A DNA stretch of 64,000 nt from contig CAZUJF010000004.1 of NCBI GenBank assembly GCA_964619955.1, forward strand, positions 74,595 to 138,594. The letters are read 5' to 3'. The notes below the pieces were generated by a model that did not search any database, was not told where the DNA came from, and saw nothing but the letters and a program-made list of their open reading frames with translations. Both the position numbers and the translations under genes were made by a program. Each line of letters opens with the position of its first letter. The first letter of the stretch is position 1. The DNA comes from an uncultured Planctomycetales bacterium. GTDB lineage: Bacteria > Planctomycetota > MHYJ01 > JACPRB01. Shown here piece after piece: positions 48,022-57,538 of the stretch.

Positions 48022-48552
48022 CTAACGTCCCAGGGCGTGCCCCAGCGCCGAAGGATCGGCTCCGGAAGCTTGAAGATTTTCGAACCCCACATCCCGCGAG
48101 CGAGGGACCGCCGCCCCGTAGGACAGAAGCACGTTCACCACCATCAGGGCGCGCAGCAGCTCGGCAAGAACCGATTGCAGGATCTTGAGCGCCCCCTCGT
48201 GCGAGCCGAAGAGATCGTTCCCGCCGCCCGAATACAACGTCGCCAGCGGACTGCCGGTCATGCGGCCCCCCGGCAGCTTGCCCGCCTTCGCCAGCGCGCC
48301 CAGCGCCGCCACCGGCGTCCCCAGCTTCCGCAGGGTCCACGCGCTGCGCCGCAGTTCATCCAGCGCCTCGTCGATGAAGACCTGGCGCGGCGCGCGCGCC
48401 TCAGGACCCTCCGGGGTGACGTAGGACGATTGGATCGACAGCACCTGGTCGCGGGCTCCCATGAGCAGCTGCCGGGTCTCGATCAGACCCTCCCGCGAGA
48501 CCGTCGTGACGAGAGGAATGCGACGCGTGACGGGCCGAGGCTTCCGCAACAC
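48022..48552 (-). CDS. Hypothetical protein between csrA and the flagellin gene
   Basis: ORF of 176 aa with no recognisable motifs. A GGTTCC-tttttgca-GGAACC hairpin follows its stop. Confidence 0.4.
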   Translation of the reverse strand: MLRKPRPVTRRIPLVTTVSREGLIETRQLLMGARDQVLSIQSSYVTPEGPEARAPRQVFIDEALDELRRSAWTLRKLGTPVAALGALAKAGKLPGGRMTGSPLATLYSGGGNDLFGSHEGALKILQSVLAELLRALMVVNVLLSYGAAVPRSRDVGFENLQASGADPSALGHALGR

Positions 48553-48553
48553 G

Positions 48554-48811
48554 TCAGGCCCCCGGACCCTTCTCGCGCCGCTTCTTCTCGTCCACCAGCT
48601 TCTGGAGGGCCTCCAGCGACAGCGGCCCCGCGCGGGCCGCCTCGCGGTTCGCCTCCTGGATCGCCTGATAGACCTCTTTCCGATGCACGCTCACGGACGC
48701 CGGCGCCTGGATGCCGATGCGGACCTTCCCGCCCTTGATGTCGATGATCGTGATCTCGATCTGATCCCCGATCACGATCGTTTCGTTGACCGCCCGCGTC
48801 AGCACCAGCAT
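48554..48811 (-). CDS. csrA: Carbon storage regulator CsrA
   Basis: '[48 protein letters not shown]' near-canonical CsrA. Confidence 0.95.
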   Translation of the reverse strand: MLVLTRAVNETIVIGDQIEITIIDIKGGKVRIGIQAPASVSVHRKEVYQAIQEANREAARAGPLSLEALQKLVDEKKRREKGPGA

Positions 48812-49239
48812 CAGGCACCCACCATCAGCTTGTGACGCGTCGTCAGGCCCGGCTCCGCCAGCACCACCTGGCGCCCCAGCCGCTCCTTGATGTTGAGCAC
48901 GATCGGCCCCTGCAGGTTGGCCGTGATCTCCCTGGGATCGCCGGGCACCGTCAGGATCACGACCACGCGCCCTTCGGCGGCGTCCGCCAGCCGGATCGAC
49001 GCGACGTCGTCGGAGCGCACGGACACCTTGTAGTCGCTGAAGAATTCCACCGGATCGACCACGACGAACGCCACCCCGGGATCCTCGGCCGCCTGCAGCC
49101 AGAGAAAGGGGCCGCCCTTGGGATTCGGGATCAGCGCGAACTTCCTCAGCGCCGGAAATCCCAGCAGGCCCTCCGGGAAGCTGAGGATCTCGTCGTCCGC
49201 GACGTCGATCGCCCCGAAACGAGTGGTCGGAATCTTCAT
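48811..49239 (-). CDS. fliW: Flagellar assembly factor FliW
   Basis: FliW-like N-terminus '[21 protein letters not shown]' and length. Immediately upstream of csrA, with a stop/start overlap. Confidence 0.85.
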   Translation of the reverse strand: MKIPTTRFGAIDVADDEILSFPEGLLGFPALRKFALIPNPKGGPFLWLQAAEDPGVAFVVVDPVEFFSDYKVSVRSDDVASIRLADAAEGRVVVILTVPGDPREITANLQGPIVLNIKERLGRQVVLAEPGLTTRHKLMVGA

Positions 49240-49240
49240 G

Positions 49241-51187
49241 TCAGATGTAATTCAACAGGCTCGTGTCCAGGATCCGCGCGGCGGTCGCCAGCGCCGCCTC
49301 CAGCACCGTCTGCTGGATCTGGAAGCGCGTGGCGGCCTCCGCCAGGTCGATCTCCCGGGTGGAGGATCTCAACAGCTCCAGCTCGGTCGTTTCCAGCTCG
49401 GTCCGGTCCCGCGTGAAGTCGAGTTGGAGACTGCGCACCCCGATCGTGGCGCGCCCGGTCGCCAGCTTTTCCCCGGCGATGTCCAGCAGGCGGCCCGCGG
49501 AACCGATGATGCCCGGGTCATTCGCGAGCAGACCCTCCCGCAGCCGGAGCAGGGCGCTGAAAATCCCCTCGCTCTGCTCCCCCGCCCAGGTCAGCGTCGT
49601 TCCCGTGATCGTCGCCAGGGGGGCGCTTCCCTCGATGCCCAGTTGAGTGGCACTCTGGGAAGCCCCCACGTTGCCGATGACCAGCGGGCCCGGGCCCCCC
49701 GAGGAATCCGTGATGACGAGCTGATCCAGCCCGTTCACGACGGCCGTGAGATCCGGATCCTGCTCGATCCGGTCCAGCAGGGCCCGGACCGAATCCAGAT
49801 CATCGACGTCGATCAGGATCTCCGTCCCGTCCGTCTTGGTGATCTTCACATCGTCGCCGTCGACCGACTCCACGCCCAGGCCGCCGTTCAGGTCTTGAAG
49901 GCGGGAGCGCTCCAGGTTGGAGAGCAGGCCGAGTTCGGACGCCGTCGATCCCCCGTTCTCCGTCACCCGGAGCCGGCCGCCGGAGAGCCGGGACCGCAGT
50001 TCCAGCTGCGTCCCGTCGGCGCTGATCGCCATGTCGACGTAGACGCCCGCCTGCTCCACCGCGTTGATCAGGCCCTCGATCGTCATGCCCGGCGCGCCGA
50101 ACACCGCCGCGCCGATCGTCGCGGTGAGGGTCTGCCCCGGATCCTGGTTCGTGATCACGATTCCGGAAGGCGAAACACCGCCGCCCGCGAAGAGATCGTC
50201 CAGCTGGGTCTGCATCGTGAGCCGCGGGAACAAATCCGTCCCCGCCAGCGGCGAGGCGGCGGAGCCCGCGATCCCCAGATCCTGAGCGGTCCGCCCGTTC
50301 GGAAGATCCGCCACCGTGACGACCCCGGCGCCCGTCAGTTCCAGGGAGTTCCCCGTCACGCCGTCGATCGCCGCCGTCACCCCGATGCCCGCGCCGTTGA
50401 TCCGGTCGACCACGTCGCCGATCGTCCGCGCGCCGTTGAGGTCGAGCGTCGCCGTGAGCGCGCCCAGCGAGACCTGGATCTCCCCCAGCGACACCCCGAG
50501 GCCGCCGTGCAGATCCCCCAGCGAGGTCTGCAGGGAGATCCCCGGATCCAGATCGATGGGAAGCAGCGTCGCGGGATCCCTGCCGATGAGTTCATCCGAG
50601 AAGGCGCCGAAGACCGAGCCGGGGATGTTGGAGGAGGTCTTCACGCCGTCCGCGATTTCAACGCCGAGCTCCTGCAGGTCCCCGAGAAACACGACGCCGC
50701 CGTCCTTGAGGGCGAAGGCGTCCTGGTTCGTCCGGCTCCCCGAGAAGAGCGTGCGGCCTTCGAAACGCTTGTTGGCCTGGGCGACGGCGTCCTGCAGCAT
50801 CAGCGTGATTTCGGACGCCGCCTCCGAACGCGACTGCGCGTTCGCGATGCCGCCGACCTGATCGAGCAGGATCGTGCGCGCACGCTCGACGATGCCGATG
50901 CTCCCCTCCAGCGCCCCGTCCGAGACGGCCAGGCGGCCGTTGGTGGATTCGATGTTCCTGAGGAACTGGGCGTCGCGACGGAGCCCGCGCGTGTAGTTCT
51001 GGACCCGGTTGGATCCCGTGGGGTCGTCGGAGGGCCGGTTGATCCGGTAGCCGGAGGACAGCTGCTCCTGGATCTGGAAGAGGCTCCGCTGGCTCCGGTT
51101 GAGGTTCGAGAGGACGACGTTGCGCGACAACATCGAGGAGACGCGCGAGAAGCCGCCGCCCGACAGCCCCGATCCGAAATTCACCAT
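49241..51187 (-). CDS. flgL: Flagellar hook-associated protein 3 FlgL (large, 648 aa)
   Basis: Flagellin-like N-terminus 'NRSQRSLFQIQEQLSSGYRINRPSDDP' and conserved C-terminus. Expanded central region. Confidence 0.8.
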   Translation of the reverse strand: MVNFGSGLSGGGFSRVSSMLSRNVVLSNLNRSQRSLFQIQEQLSSGYRINRPSDDPTGSNRVQNYTRGLRRDAQFLRNIESTNGRLAVSDGALEGSIGIVERARTILLDQVGGIANAQSRSEAASEITLMLQDAVAQANKRFEGRTLFSGSRTNQDAFALKDGGVVFLGDLQELGVEIADGVKTSSNIPGSVFGAFSDELIGRDPATLLPIDLDPGISLQTSLGDLHGGLGVSLGEIQVSLGALTATLDLNGARTIGDVVDRINGAGIGVTAAIDGVTGNSLELTGAGVVTVADLPNGRTAQDLGIAGSAASPLAGTDLFPRLTMQTQLDDLFAGGGVSPSGIVITNQDPGQTLTATIGAAVFGAPGMTIEGLINAVEQAGVYVDMAISADGTQLELRSRLSGGRLRVTENGGSTASELGLLSNLERSRLQDLNGGLGVESVDGDDVKITKTDGTEILIDVDDLDSVRALLDRIEQDPDLTAVVNGLDQLVITDSSGGPGPLVIGNVGASQSATQLGIEGSAPLATITGTTLTWAGEQSEGIFSALLRLREGLLANDPGIIGSAGRLLDIAGEKLATGRATIGVRSLQLDFTRDRTELETTELELLRSSTREIDLAEAATRFQIQQTVLEAALATAARILDTSLLNYI

Positions 51188-51248
51188 GGCCCCACCCTAA
51201 GGACTCCTTCCGACTACATCGTCCATCCCGACTGAAACCTGAAGGCGC

Positions 51249-53159
51249 TCAAATCCCGTTGATCAGCGTGTTGAGCAGCTCGTCGATGACCCCGATGAAG
51301 CGCGCCGAGGCCTGGAAGGACCTCTGGTACTGGATCATCGAGACGGCCTCCTCGTCGATGTTCACCCCGGAGATCCGCTCGCGCTGGTTCTCCAGCTGCT
51401 GGGCGACGAGGGACTGGTTCTCGAGGCGGTCCTGCGATTCGCGCGACTCGACCCCCATCCCGCCCACCATCCCCTGGTAGAACTCCTCCAGGGTCCGCCC
51501 GTCCACGGAGGCGACGTCGCGGAGCGCGGCGAATGCGAGCGCCCCGGCGTTATCCCCGGGGTTGTTCGACAGCGCCCCGCTCAGGTACTCGGGATGCTCC
51601 CGGAGCAGCGCGTTCACCGCGATCCCGCCCGCCTCGTCGCCCGTGAAAAGGGCGTTCAGACCCGAGGCGGCGAGGAAGCCGCTCGTGTCGTTGGCGAAGC
51701 TGAACCGCAGATCCCCGGAGGCCGTCCGGATCCGGATCCGGTTGTCGCTCGTGAGGAAGGCGTCGAGATTCGGCACCGCATCCAGGTCGGCCACGATGTC
51801 GCTCCACGTGGTGTCGGCGCCCAGGCGGTCGAGGTCCACGTCGATCGTGTACGTGTCCTGGACCCCGGTGGTCTCGTTGGTCATCACGACCTGGAAACTC
51901 CCGTTCTCCACCGGGAAGGGCAGTTCGGTGATCTGGTACCTGGTGTCCAGCGCCAGGGGCTCGGCGAGCGGCTTGTCGAAAAAGAGCGTCCCGGTCGAGG
52001 AATCGAAGGCGATGATGCGGCGCGTCTCCAGGGCGTTCTTCCCGTCCAGGAAGCGCACCGTGCGGCCCGTGGGATCGCCCGGCAGCGTGATCAGGGCGCC
52101 GTCCATCAGCGTGTCCTTCGTGGACAGCGCCGTGACGCTCCCGGCAATCGCGACCGGAACCCCCGGATCCCCCATGGAACGCAGGCTCGTCAGATCGAGG
52201 AAGCGCTCCAGGCCCTGTCCCGTGGACTGGACCCGGTTGAACTCGTAGGCGGTCGCGTTGGCGAGCAGGTCCAGATCGTGGCCCGCGCCCGCCAGGATCT
52301 CATCCCGGCTTTCGAGCAGCCCCTGCAGGCGGCCGCCGCCGATGTCGAGGGTGGCGCTGATGCCGGCGAACACGGGATCGGCCAGCACGATGCCGTCCTC
52401 GCCCGTCTCTTCGAGGCCGATGTCGTAGGATTCCTCCCCGAAGACGAGGAAGGTCGTCCCCACGAGGACGTTGAGCTGTCCCGTGGCGGTCTCCACGCCG
52501 CTGACTTTTATGAGATCGCTCAGTTCGCGCATCAGGAGGTCGCGGCGGTCGCGCAGATCGTTCGCCGTCTCGAACCCGAGGCCGTCCTTCTCCGCCGCCG
52601 TCACCTGCACGTTCAGCGACGCGATCTCGGAGGCCTTTGAATTGATGTCGGAGACGGCGATGCGCACGTCGTCGTTGAGCTGGGTGCGGGACTCCTTGAT
52701 GCGCCGGTCGAGATAATTCAGGGTTCCGGCGAGAGTCTGGGCGTTGCCGAGCACCTGGGCCCGCGTCGAGGCGTCCTCGGGGTTGTTGGCGAAATCGTGG
52801 AGGGATTCGAAGAAGTCGTCGAACGACGCCCCGAGGCTGCTGTCGGAGAGCGCCCCCATCAGCCCCTCCAGGGCCGAGAGGGCGTCGCTGCGCACGCCGA
52901 GCGTCGCGAGATTCGAGGCGGCGTCCCGGAGCCGTCCTTCCAGCGACTTGTCGATGATGCGGCGGACCGCCGCCACGCTGGTCCCGCGCCCGATCTGGTG
53001 CCGGCCGTAGGTCTGGGGGCGGGCGGCCGTCAGTTCCGCGCGCTGCCGGGTGAAGCCCGGCGTGTTCGCGTTGGCGATGTTGTGGCCCGTCGTCTGGAGG
53101 GCCGTCATCATCGACTGCAGGCCCGTGAGGGCGGTGTTGACGGAGCTGAACAGCGTCAT
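51249..53159 (-). CDS. flgK: Flagellar hook-associated protein 1 FlgK
   Basis: 'NTALTGLQSMMTALQTTGHNIANANTPGFTRQ' rod/hook N-domain and FlgK C-terminus 'SGVNIDEEAVSMIQYQRSFQASARFI'. Confidence 0.9.
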   Translation of the reverse strand: MTLFSSVNTALTGLQSMMTALQTTGHNIANANTPGFTRQRAELTAARPQTYGRHQIGRGTSVAAVRRIIDKSLEGRLRDAASNLATLGVRSDALSALEGLMGALSDSSLGASFDDFFESLHDFANNPEDASTRAQVLGNAQTLAGTLNYLDRRIKESRTQLNDDVRIAVSDINSKASEIASLNVQVTAAEKDGLGFETANDLRDRRDLLMRELSDLIKVSGVETATGQLNVLVGTTFLVFGEESYDIGLEETGEDGIVLADPVFAGISATLDIGGGRLQGLLESRDEILAGAGHDLDLLANATAYEFNRVQSTGQGLERFLDLTSLRSMGDPGVPVAIAGSVTALSTKDTLMDGALITLPGDPTGRTVRFLDGKNALETRRIIAFDSSTGTLFFDKPLAEPLALDTRYQITELPFPVENGSFQVVMTNETTGVQDTYTIDVDLDRLGADTTWSDIVADLDAVPNLDAFLTSDNRIRIRTASGDLRFSFANDTSGFLAASGLNALFTGDEAGGIAVNALLREHPEYLSGALSNNPGDNAGALAFAALRDVASVDGRTLEEFYQGMVGGMGVESRESQDRLENQSLVAQQLENQRERISGVNIDEEAVSMIQYQRSFQASARFIGVIDELLNTLINGI

Positions 53160-53169
53160 GCCAGGTCCC

Positions 53170-53667
53170 TCAGACGGTCTCGTCGATCATGAGTTTCGGG
53201 GCATCGGAACGGTTCTCGATGCCGCGGCGCGAATAGACCACGTCGTCCTTCACGCCGCCGAGGATCCGGAAGAAGCGTTTCACGTAGTCGAGCGACTGCT
53301 CCGTCAGGGAACGGTTGGCGCGGTTCACCCGCGCCACCTCGCCCAGCGTCTTCCGCAGGTCGTCGGCTTGGGCCGCCAGCGCGGCCTTCCAGGGCTCCCC
53401 CGCCCGCTCGGCGATGCGGGTGACCGAGGCCTCGGCCTCGGGGACCCCGAGCAGGCGGGCCGTTTCCGCCGTCCGGCGCAGGCGGCGTTCCGCCGCGTGG
53501 CCGATGGCGCCCAGGAGCGCCTGTTCGCGGGAATTGGCCTGCTCCACCGCGGGCACGTCGAGCCGCACGAGGGCCTCCCGCTTGCGCAGGCCGACCGCGA
53601 GCAGTTCGGCTTCCAGGCGGATTTCGTCCGCCAGCGCCAGCTCGAGACCCTTGATGACTTCGATCAT
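53170..53667 (-). CDS. flgN: FlgN-family export chaperone
   Basis: About 165 aa, helical, upstream of flgK. Overlaps the previous gene as ATGA. Confidence 0.55.
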   Translation of the reverse strand: MIEVIKGLELALADEIRLEAELLAVGLRKREALVRLDVPAVEQANSREQALLGAIGHAAERRLRRTAETARLLGVPEAEASVTRIAERAGEPWKAALAAQADDLRKTLGEVARVNRANRSLTEQSLDYVKRFFRILGGVKDDVVYSRRGIENRSDAPKLMIDETV

Positions 53668-53987
53668 GCGCCCCCGCGGAGGTCGATCCGCGTCCCCTTG
53701 CCCGCTTCCCCGGCTTCCCGCACGCTGGCGGCATAACGCCCGACGATCATATCGGCGATTCCCAGCCCCTTTCGGGAGGCCCCTTTCGAGAGGGTCTGAT
53801 CCAGCATGTCCCGGAAGATCTCCTCGCCCCGTCCGCCATGAAACAGCTTGCTCTCGCTCACCGTCGAGCGCATGGACTTGAAGAGCATCTCCATGAAGAC
53901 CGACTCGAAGCCCTGCGCGACCTCGCGGAGCTGGGCCGTCTTGTCGGCGGCTTTCGGATTCGGGACGGAGACCGCGTCGATCCGCAT
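53664..53987 (-). CDS. flgJ: FlgJ rod-binding domain protein (no muramidase domain)
   Basis: 'AQGFESVFMEMLFKSMR...LFHGGRGEEIFRDMLDQTLSKGASRKGLGIADMI' rod-binding motif. Only 107 aa. Its ATG overlaps the flgI TGA by one base (TGATG). Confidence 0.75.
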   Translation of the reverse strand: MRIDAVSVPNPKAADKTAQLREVAQGFESVFMEMLFKSMRSTVSESKLFHGGRGEEIFRDMLDQTLSKGASRKGLGIADMIVGRYAASVREAGEAGKGTRIDLRGGA

Positions 53988-55054
53988 CAATTCGACCTCA
54001 CCTCGGCCTTGATCAGCCCGGCGCCGTTGAGCGCCTTCACCACGTCCACGAGCTGCTGCTCGCTGAGGGCGGGGCCGTTCTTCTCCATGAACTCGGAAAG
54101 GCGCTGGCCGTCCCGCGCATGGAAGACGCTCGGACGCGCCCCCTGGGCGGCGGAGGGCAGCGCCACGCTTCCCTCCCGGAGACGGACCTCGCCGGTCCAG
54201 GACACCGTCTTGGTCGCGTCGTTGATCACCACGGAGGCCGTCTCGACCGAATAGAAGGAGACGGGCTTGTTGAGGATCACCTCGAGCCAACGCACCGGCT
54301 CGCGCTCGTAATCGACGGGCGGCGCGACGCCCGCGACCGCCCGGTATTCGGCGGACGAGGGGACGCGCACCTCGATCAGGCCGCCGTCCACCGACGTGGC
54401 CACGTCCTTCCGTCCCCCCGCGCCGACGAGCGCGGTCGCGTTGATCTGCAGCGTCAGCTGGCTGGCGGCCGTGAGGTCCGGCTTCTTCAGGAGCAGCCGG
54501 AAGTGTTTCCCCTCGCCCGCGCGCTCCTGGACGAACGTGTGCAGCAGTTCCTTCTCGACGATCGCCCCGCCGGGGACGTTCGCGGTGGTGTTGTTCCCGC
54601 GCTTCGTATCCCCCTGGACGACCAGCTTTCCGGAGGCCAGCGCATAGATGTTCGGATCCTGCCGGCCCAGGGGTCCGCGCAGATCCGTGATCTGGAGTTC
54701 GCCGCCGAAAAGCGACTTGGTGTCCCCGAGCACGGACACGGAGACGTCGAAACGGGTCCCTTTCTTCTGGAAGGGCAGCAGTTCCGCCGCCACCATCACC
54801 AGCGCCGCGTTGCGGGCGTTGATCTCCGCGGCGGCCACGTCGGGGGGGAGCAGGTTCTGGAGCATCGAACGAAGCACGCGGGCCGACTCCCCCCGCGGGC
54901 TGTCGCCGTTCCCGCCGAGACCGGTGACGATGCCGTATCCGCGGATCTTGTTGGCGCGGGCGCCGTCCACTTCGGCGAAGTCCTTGACGTACTGGGCACG
55001 GGCGGCCGGGGCGGCCGCCAGCAGGATCCCCAGCGTCATCAGCAGCTGTTTCAT
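53987..55054 (-). CDS. flgI: Flagellar P-ring protein FlgI
   Basis: Signal peptide plus 'KIRGYGIVTGLGGNGD' and full-length FlgI similarity. Confidence 0.9.
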   Translation of the reverse strand: MKQLLMTLGILLAAAPAARAQYVKDFAEVDGARANKIRGYGIVTGLGGNGDSPRGESARVLRSMLQNLLPPDVAAAEINARNAALVMVAAELLPFQKKGTRFDVSVSVLGDTKSLFGGELQITDLRGPLGRQDPNIYALASGKLVVQGDTKRGNNTTANVPGGAIVEKELLHTFVQERAGEGKHFRLLLKKPDLTAASQLTLQINATALVGAGGRKDVATSVDGGLIEVRVPSSAEYRAVAGVAPPVDYEREPVRWLEVILNKPVSFYSVETASVVINDATKTVSWTGEVRLREGSVALPSAAQGARPSVFHARDGQRLSEFMEKNGPALSEQQLVDVVKALNGAGLIKAEVRSN

Positions 55055-55166
55055 CGTTCACTCTCCGGGTCTCCCCTCCGGCCGGCTTAATAAACCCGGG
55101 ACGGGCGGGCTGCTGAAGGCCCGCCCGCCCCAGGGCTCCGGAGAGGGGTTCTGTAAACTTCGCTTT

Positions 55167-55811
55167 TTAGAACGGCCAGAGTTTGCCGAGCAGCCAGCCG
55201 AGGATGCCGGGTTTGGAGACGTCGCTCACCGCGCCCGAGCCCTCGTACGTGATGTTCAGGTTCACCAGGGATTCCGAACGGACCCTGCCGGCGGCGACCG
55301 TCTCCGGGTTCACCTCGCCGGTCAGGCGGATCAGTTCGTCGTCGTCGTTGATCTTCCGGCGCTTCGTGGCCTGGATCATGAGCACGCCGTTGGGCCGGAT
55401 GTCGACGACCTCGGCCGTGATCGCGAACGTCAGGTCGAACTGGCGGGACGTGCGCCCCTGGTTGTCATGCCGGAAGCGCGCATCGAGGCCGATCTTCGGA
55501 TCGACGGGGTTGGCGGCCGCGCCCAGGGTCGGCAGGCCCGTCCCGTCGGAATCGAACTTGATCCAGTCCGAAAGGGAGGCCTCCCAGCGCGAGCGCCGGT
55601 CCGTCTTCAACTCGGCGGAACTCAGGGCGCGGGTGCGTTCCTGGACCAGGATCTGCACGTGATCGTGCTTCTTGAAGGGAAGTCTTTTCGGAGGATCGTA
55701 CGGCGACCCGCCCGAAACCGTCCCCGTCCCTTCGCCCGCGAGCAGGGACTGCGCCCGGACTTCGCGGGACAGCGCCGCGGCAAGCGCCAGCGTCATCAGC
55801 AGCGTCTTCAT
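55167..55811 (-). CDS. flgH: Flagellar L-ring protein FlgH
   Basis: Signal peptide, 'GSPYDPPKRLPFKKHDHVQILV' and 'ITAEVVDIRPNGVLMIQ' FlgH motifs. Confidence 0.85.
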   Translation of the reverse strand: MKTLLMTLALAAALSREVRAQSLLAGEGTGTVSGGSPYDPPKRLPFKKHDHVQILVQERTRALSSAELKTDRRSRWEASLSDWIKFDSDGTGLPTLGAAANPVDPKIGLDARFRHDNQGRTSRQFDLTFAITAEVVDIRPNGVLMIQATKRRKINDDDELIRLTGEVNPETVAAGRVRSESLVNLNITYEGSGAVSDVSKPGILGWLLGKLWPF

Positions 55812-56726
55812 CTAACGGCCCTCCCCCGCGACTTCGACACGCCCCGCATCCACGACCTTCACCCGGAGCCGTCGTTTGGACGTGAGGAATTCGGCATCGA
55901 TGTCCTGTCCGGGAACCCCGTCGGCCAGGGCCCGCACATCCAGTTCGAAGCTGCTGGAGACGGCGCGGATGACGTCGCCCTTGCGGACGACCGGCTTGAG
56001 ACGCACGTCGCTGCCGGTCAGCGGGGCTCCCTTCCGGATGCGGACGGCCGCGGCCGCCCCCGTCAGGGACGATCCGGCGGCGTACCCTTCCTCCCCGGAA
56101 CATTCCACGCGGCGGATCTCGAGGTCCGCGCGCTCGATCACCTTGCCCGGAAGGATGTCCCGGGCGGCAAAGGCCACGTCCCGCATCCGGGAGACCCGCG
56201 CTTCGGCCAGCACTTCCACGCGGGCCTTGGCCGCGTCGACGAAGCTCACGCCGTAGCCGGCGCCGCGGGCCGCGACCCCCGCCGGCTCGAAGCCGGCCGC
56301 CACGGATTCCGGGCTCATCGTGACGACCCGGACGGAGATTTCGGAGGGCGTCAGCGACGGATCCCGCTCCAGCAGGTGGCGCTTGATCTCGAAGGCGACC
56401 GCAAGGCGGAAGGGGTCCGCCTCGACGCCGGGGCCCCGCAGCACTTCCACCCGCGCACCTTGGATGTCGAACGCGGCAGGGTCCAGTCCGCGCCGTTCCA
56501 GCTCGCGGCGGATCTCGGCGACCGTGACGATCCGCACCGAACCCTCCTCCGGGGAGCGGCCCAGCCAGACCTCTCCGGCGCGTTCCCGGGCGGCGGGACC
56601 GCTGCGGTCGGCGTCCAGCAGGTCCGAAAGGCGGACCCAGCGGCCGGCCACGCGCGCCTGCTCGCGCAGGACGAGCGGGTCGCCGGCTGCGAGCAGCCCC
56701 AGGACGAGCAGCGCCGCCGTCATCAT
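55812..56726 (-). CDS. flgA: Flagellar P-ring assembly chaperone FlgA (SAF domain)
   Basis: Signal peptide, C-terminal SAF-like 'VRIRKGAPLTGSDVRLKPVVRKGDVI'. Sits between flgG and flgH. Confidence 0.7.
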   Translation of the reverse strand: MMTAALLVLGLLAAGDPLVLREQARVAGRWVRLSDLLDADRSGPAARERAGEVWLGRSPEEGSVRIVTVAEIRRELERRGLDPAAFDIQGARVEVLRGPGVEADPFRLAVAFEIKRHLLERDPSLTPSEISVRVVTMSPESVAAGFEPAGVAARGAGYGVSFVDAAKARVEVLAEARVSRMRDVAFAARDILPGKVIERADLEIRRVECSGEEGYAAGSSLTGAAAAVRIRKGAPLTGSDVRLKPVVRKGDVIRAVSSSFELDVRALADGVPGQDIDAEFLTSKRRLRVKVVDAGRVEVAGEGR

Positions 56727-57523
56727 TACCTCCGGATGTTGTTGACGTTCTGGAGGATCTGGTCCGCGGTCTCGATGGACTTGGAATTGATCTCGAAGGC
56801 GCGCTGGGCCTGGATGAGGTCCACGAGCTCCTTGATGACGTCGACGTTCGACTGCTCGAGGAAGCCCTGGCGGATGATGCCGAAGCCCTGGCCCTGGCCG
56901 GGCTGTCCGTCGATGCGGTCGCCGGCGGCGGGCGTCTGGCGGTAGAGATTGTCGCCGAGCGCCTCGAGGCCCGAGGCGTTGATGAAGCGCGTCAGTTCGA
57001 GCTGACCCACGGCCTGGAGGGTTTCCGGCGTCGCGGGATCAAAACCCTGAACCAGTCCCGTCGCATCGATGAAGATCCGGGTGATGTTCTGGGAGATCGT
57101 CACCGGCGGATCGAGCAGCAGGCCCTGGGCCGTCACCAGGTTTCCCTGGGAATCGAGGTTGAGGTTGCCGCCGCGCGTGTACGCGGTCGTCTGGTCCGGC
57201 AGGAGGACGCGGAAGAAGCCCTCGCCCTCGATCGCGAAGTCGAGGTCGCGGTTCGTGTTCTGGAGCGTCCCCTGCTCGAAGATCTTCTCGGTGGACACGA
57301 GGCGCACGCCCGAGCCGAAGTATTCGCCTGTGGGATTCTGGTTCCGGCCGGCCTCGCCGAAGCCCGCGCGATGCACCTGCTGGTAGAAGAGATCCGCGAA
57401 GTTCGCGCGCGTCTTCTTGTAGGCGGTCGTGTTCACGTTCGCCAGGTTGTTCGCGATGGTGTCGATCTGCTCCATCATCGCGCGGCCGCCCGTGGCGGCG
57501 ATCGAAAGGGCCCGGAGCGCCAT
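56726..57523 (-). CDS. flgG: Flagellar distal rod protein FlgG
   Basis: 'IANNLANVNTTAYKK' N-motif and 'GFLEQSNVDVIKELVDLIQAQRAFEINSKSIETADQIL' C-motif. Confidence 0.9.
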   Translation of the reverse strand: MALRALSIAATGGRAMMEQIDTIANNLANVNTTAYKKTRANFADLFYQQVHRAGFGEAGRNQNPTGEYFGSGVRLVSTEKIFEQGTLQNTNRDLDFAIEGEGFFRVLLPDQTTAYTRGGNLNLDSQGNLVTAQGLLLDPPVTISQNITRIFIDATGLVQGFDPATPETLQAVGQLELTRFINASGLEALGDNLYRQTPAAGDRIDGQPGQGQGFGIIRQGFLEQSNVDVIKELVDLIQAQRAFEINSKSIETADQILQNVNNIRR

Positions 57524-57538
57524 GATCCGCCTCCTCGA

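Noticed and set aside
53664-55061. 465-aa ORF spanning flgI in another frame
   Set aside because: Only its last 107 codons (the FlgJ rod-binding domain) are real. The upstream part is a shadow frame over flgI.
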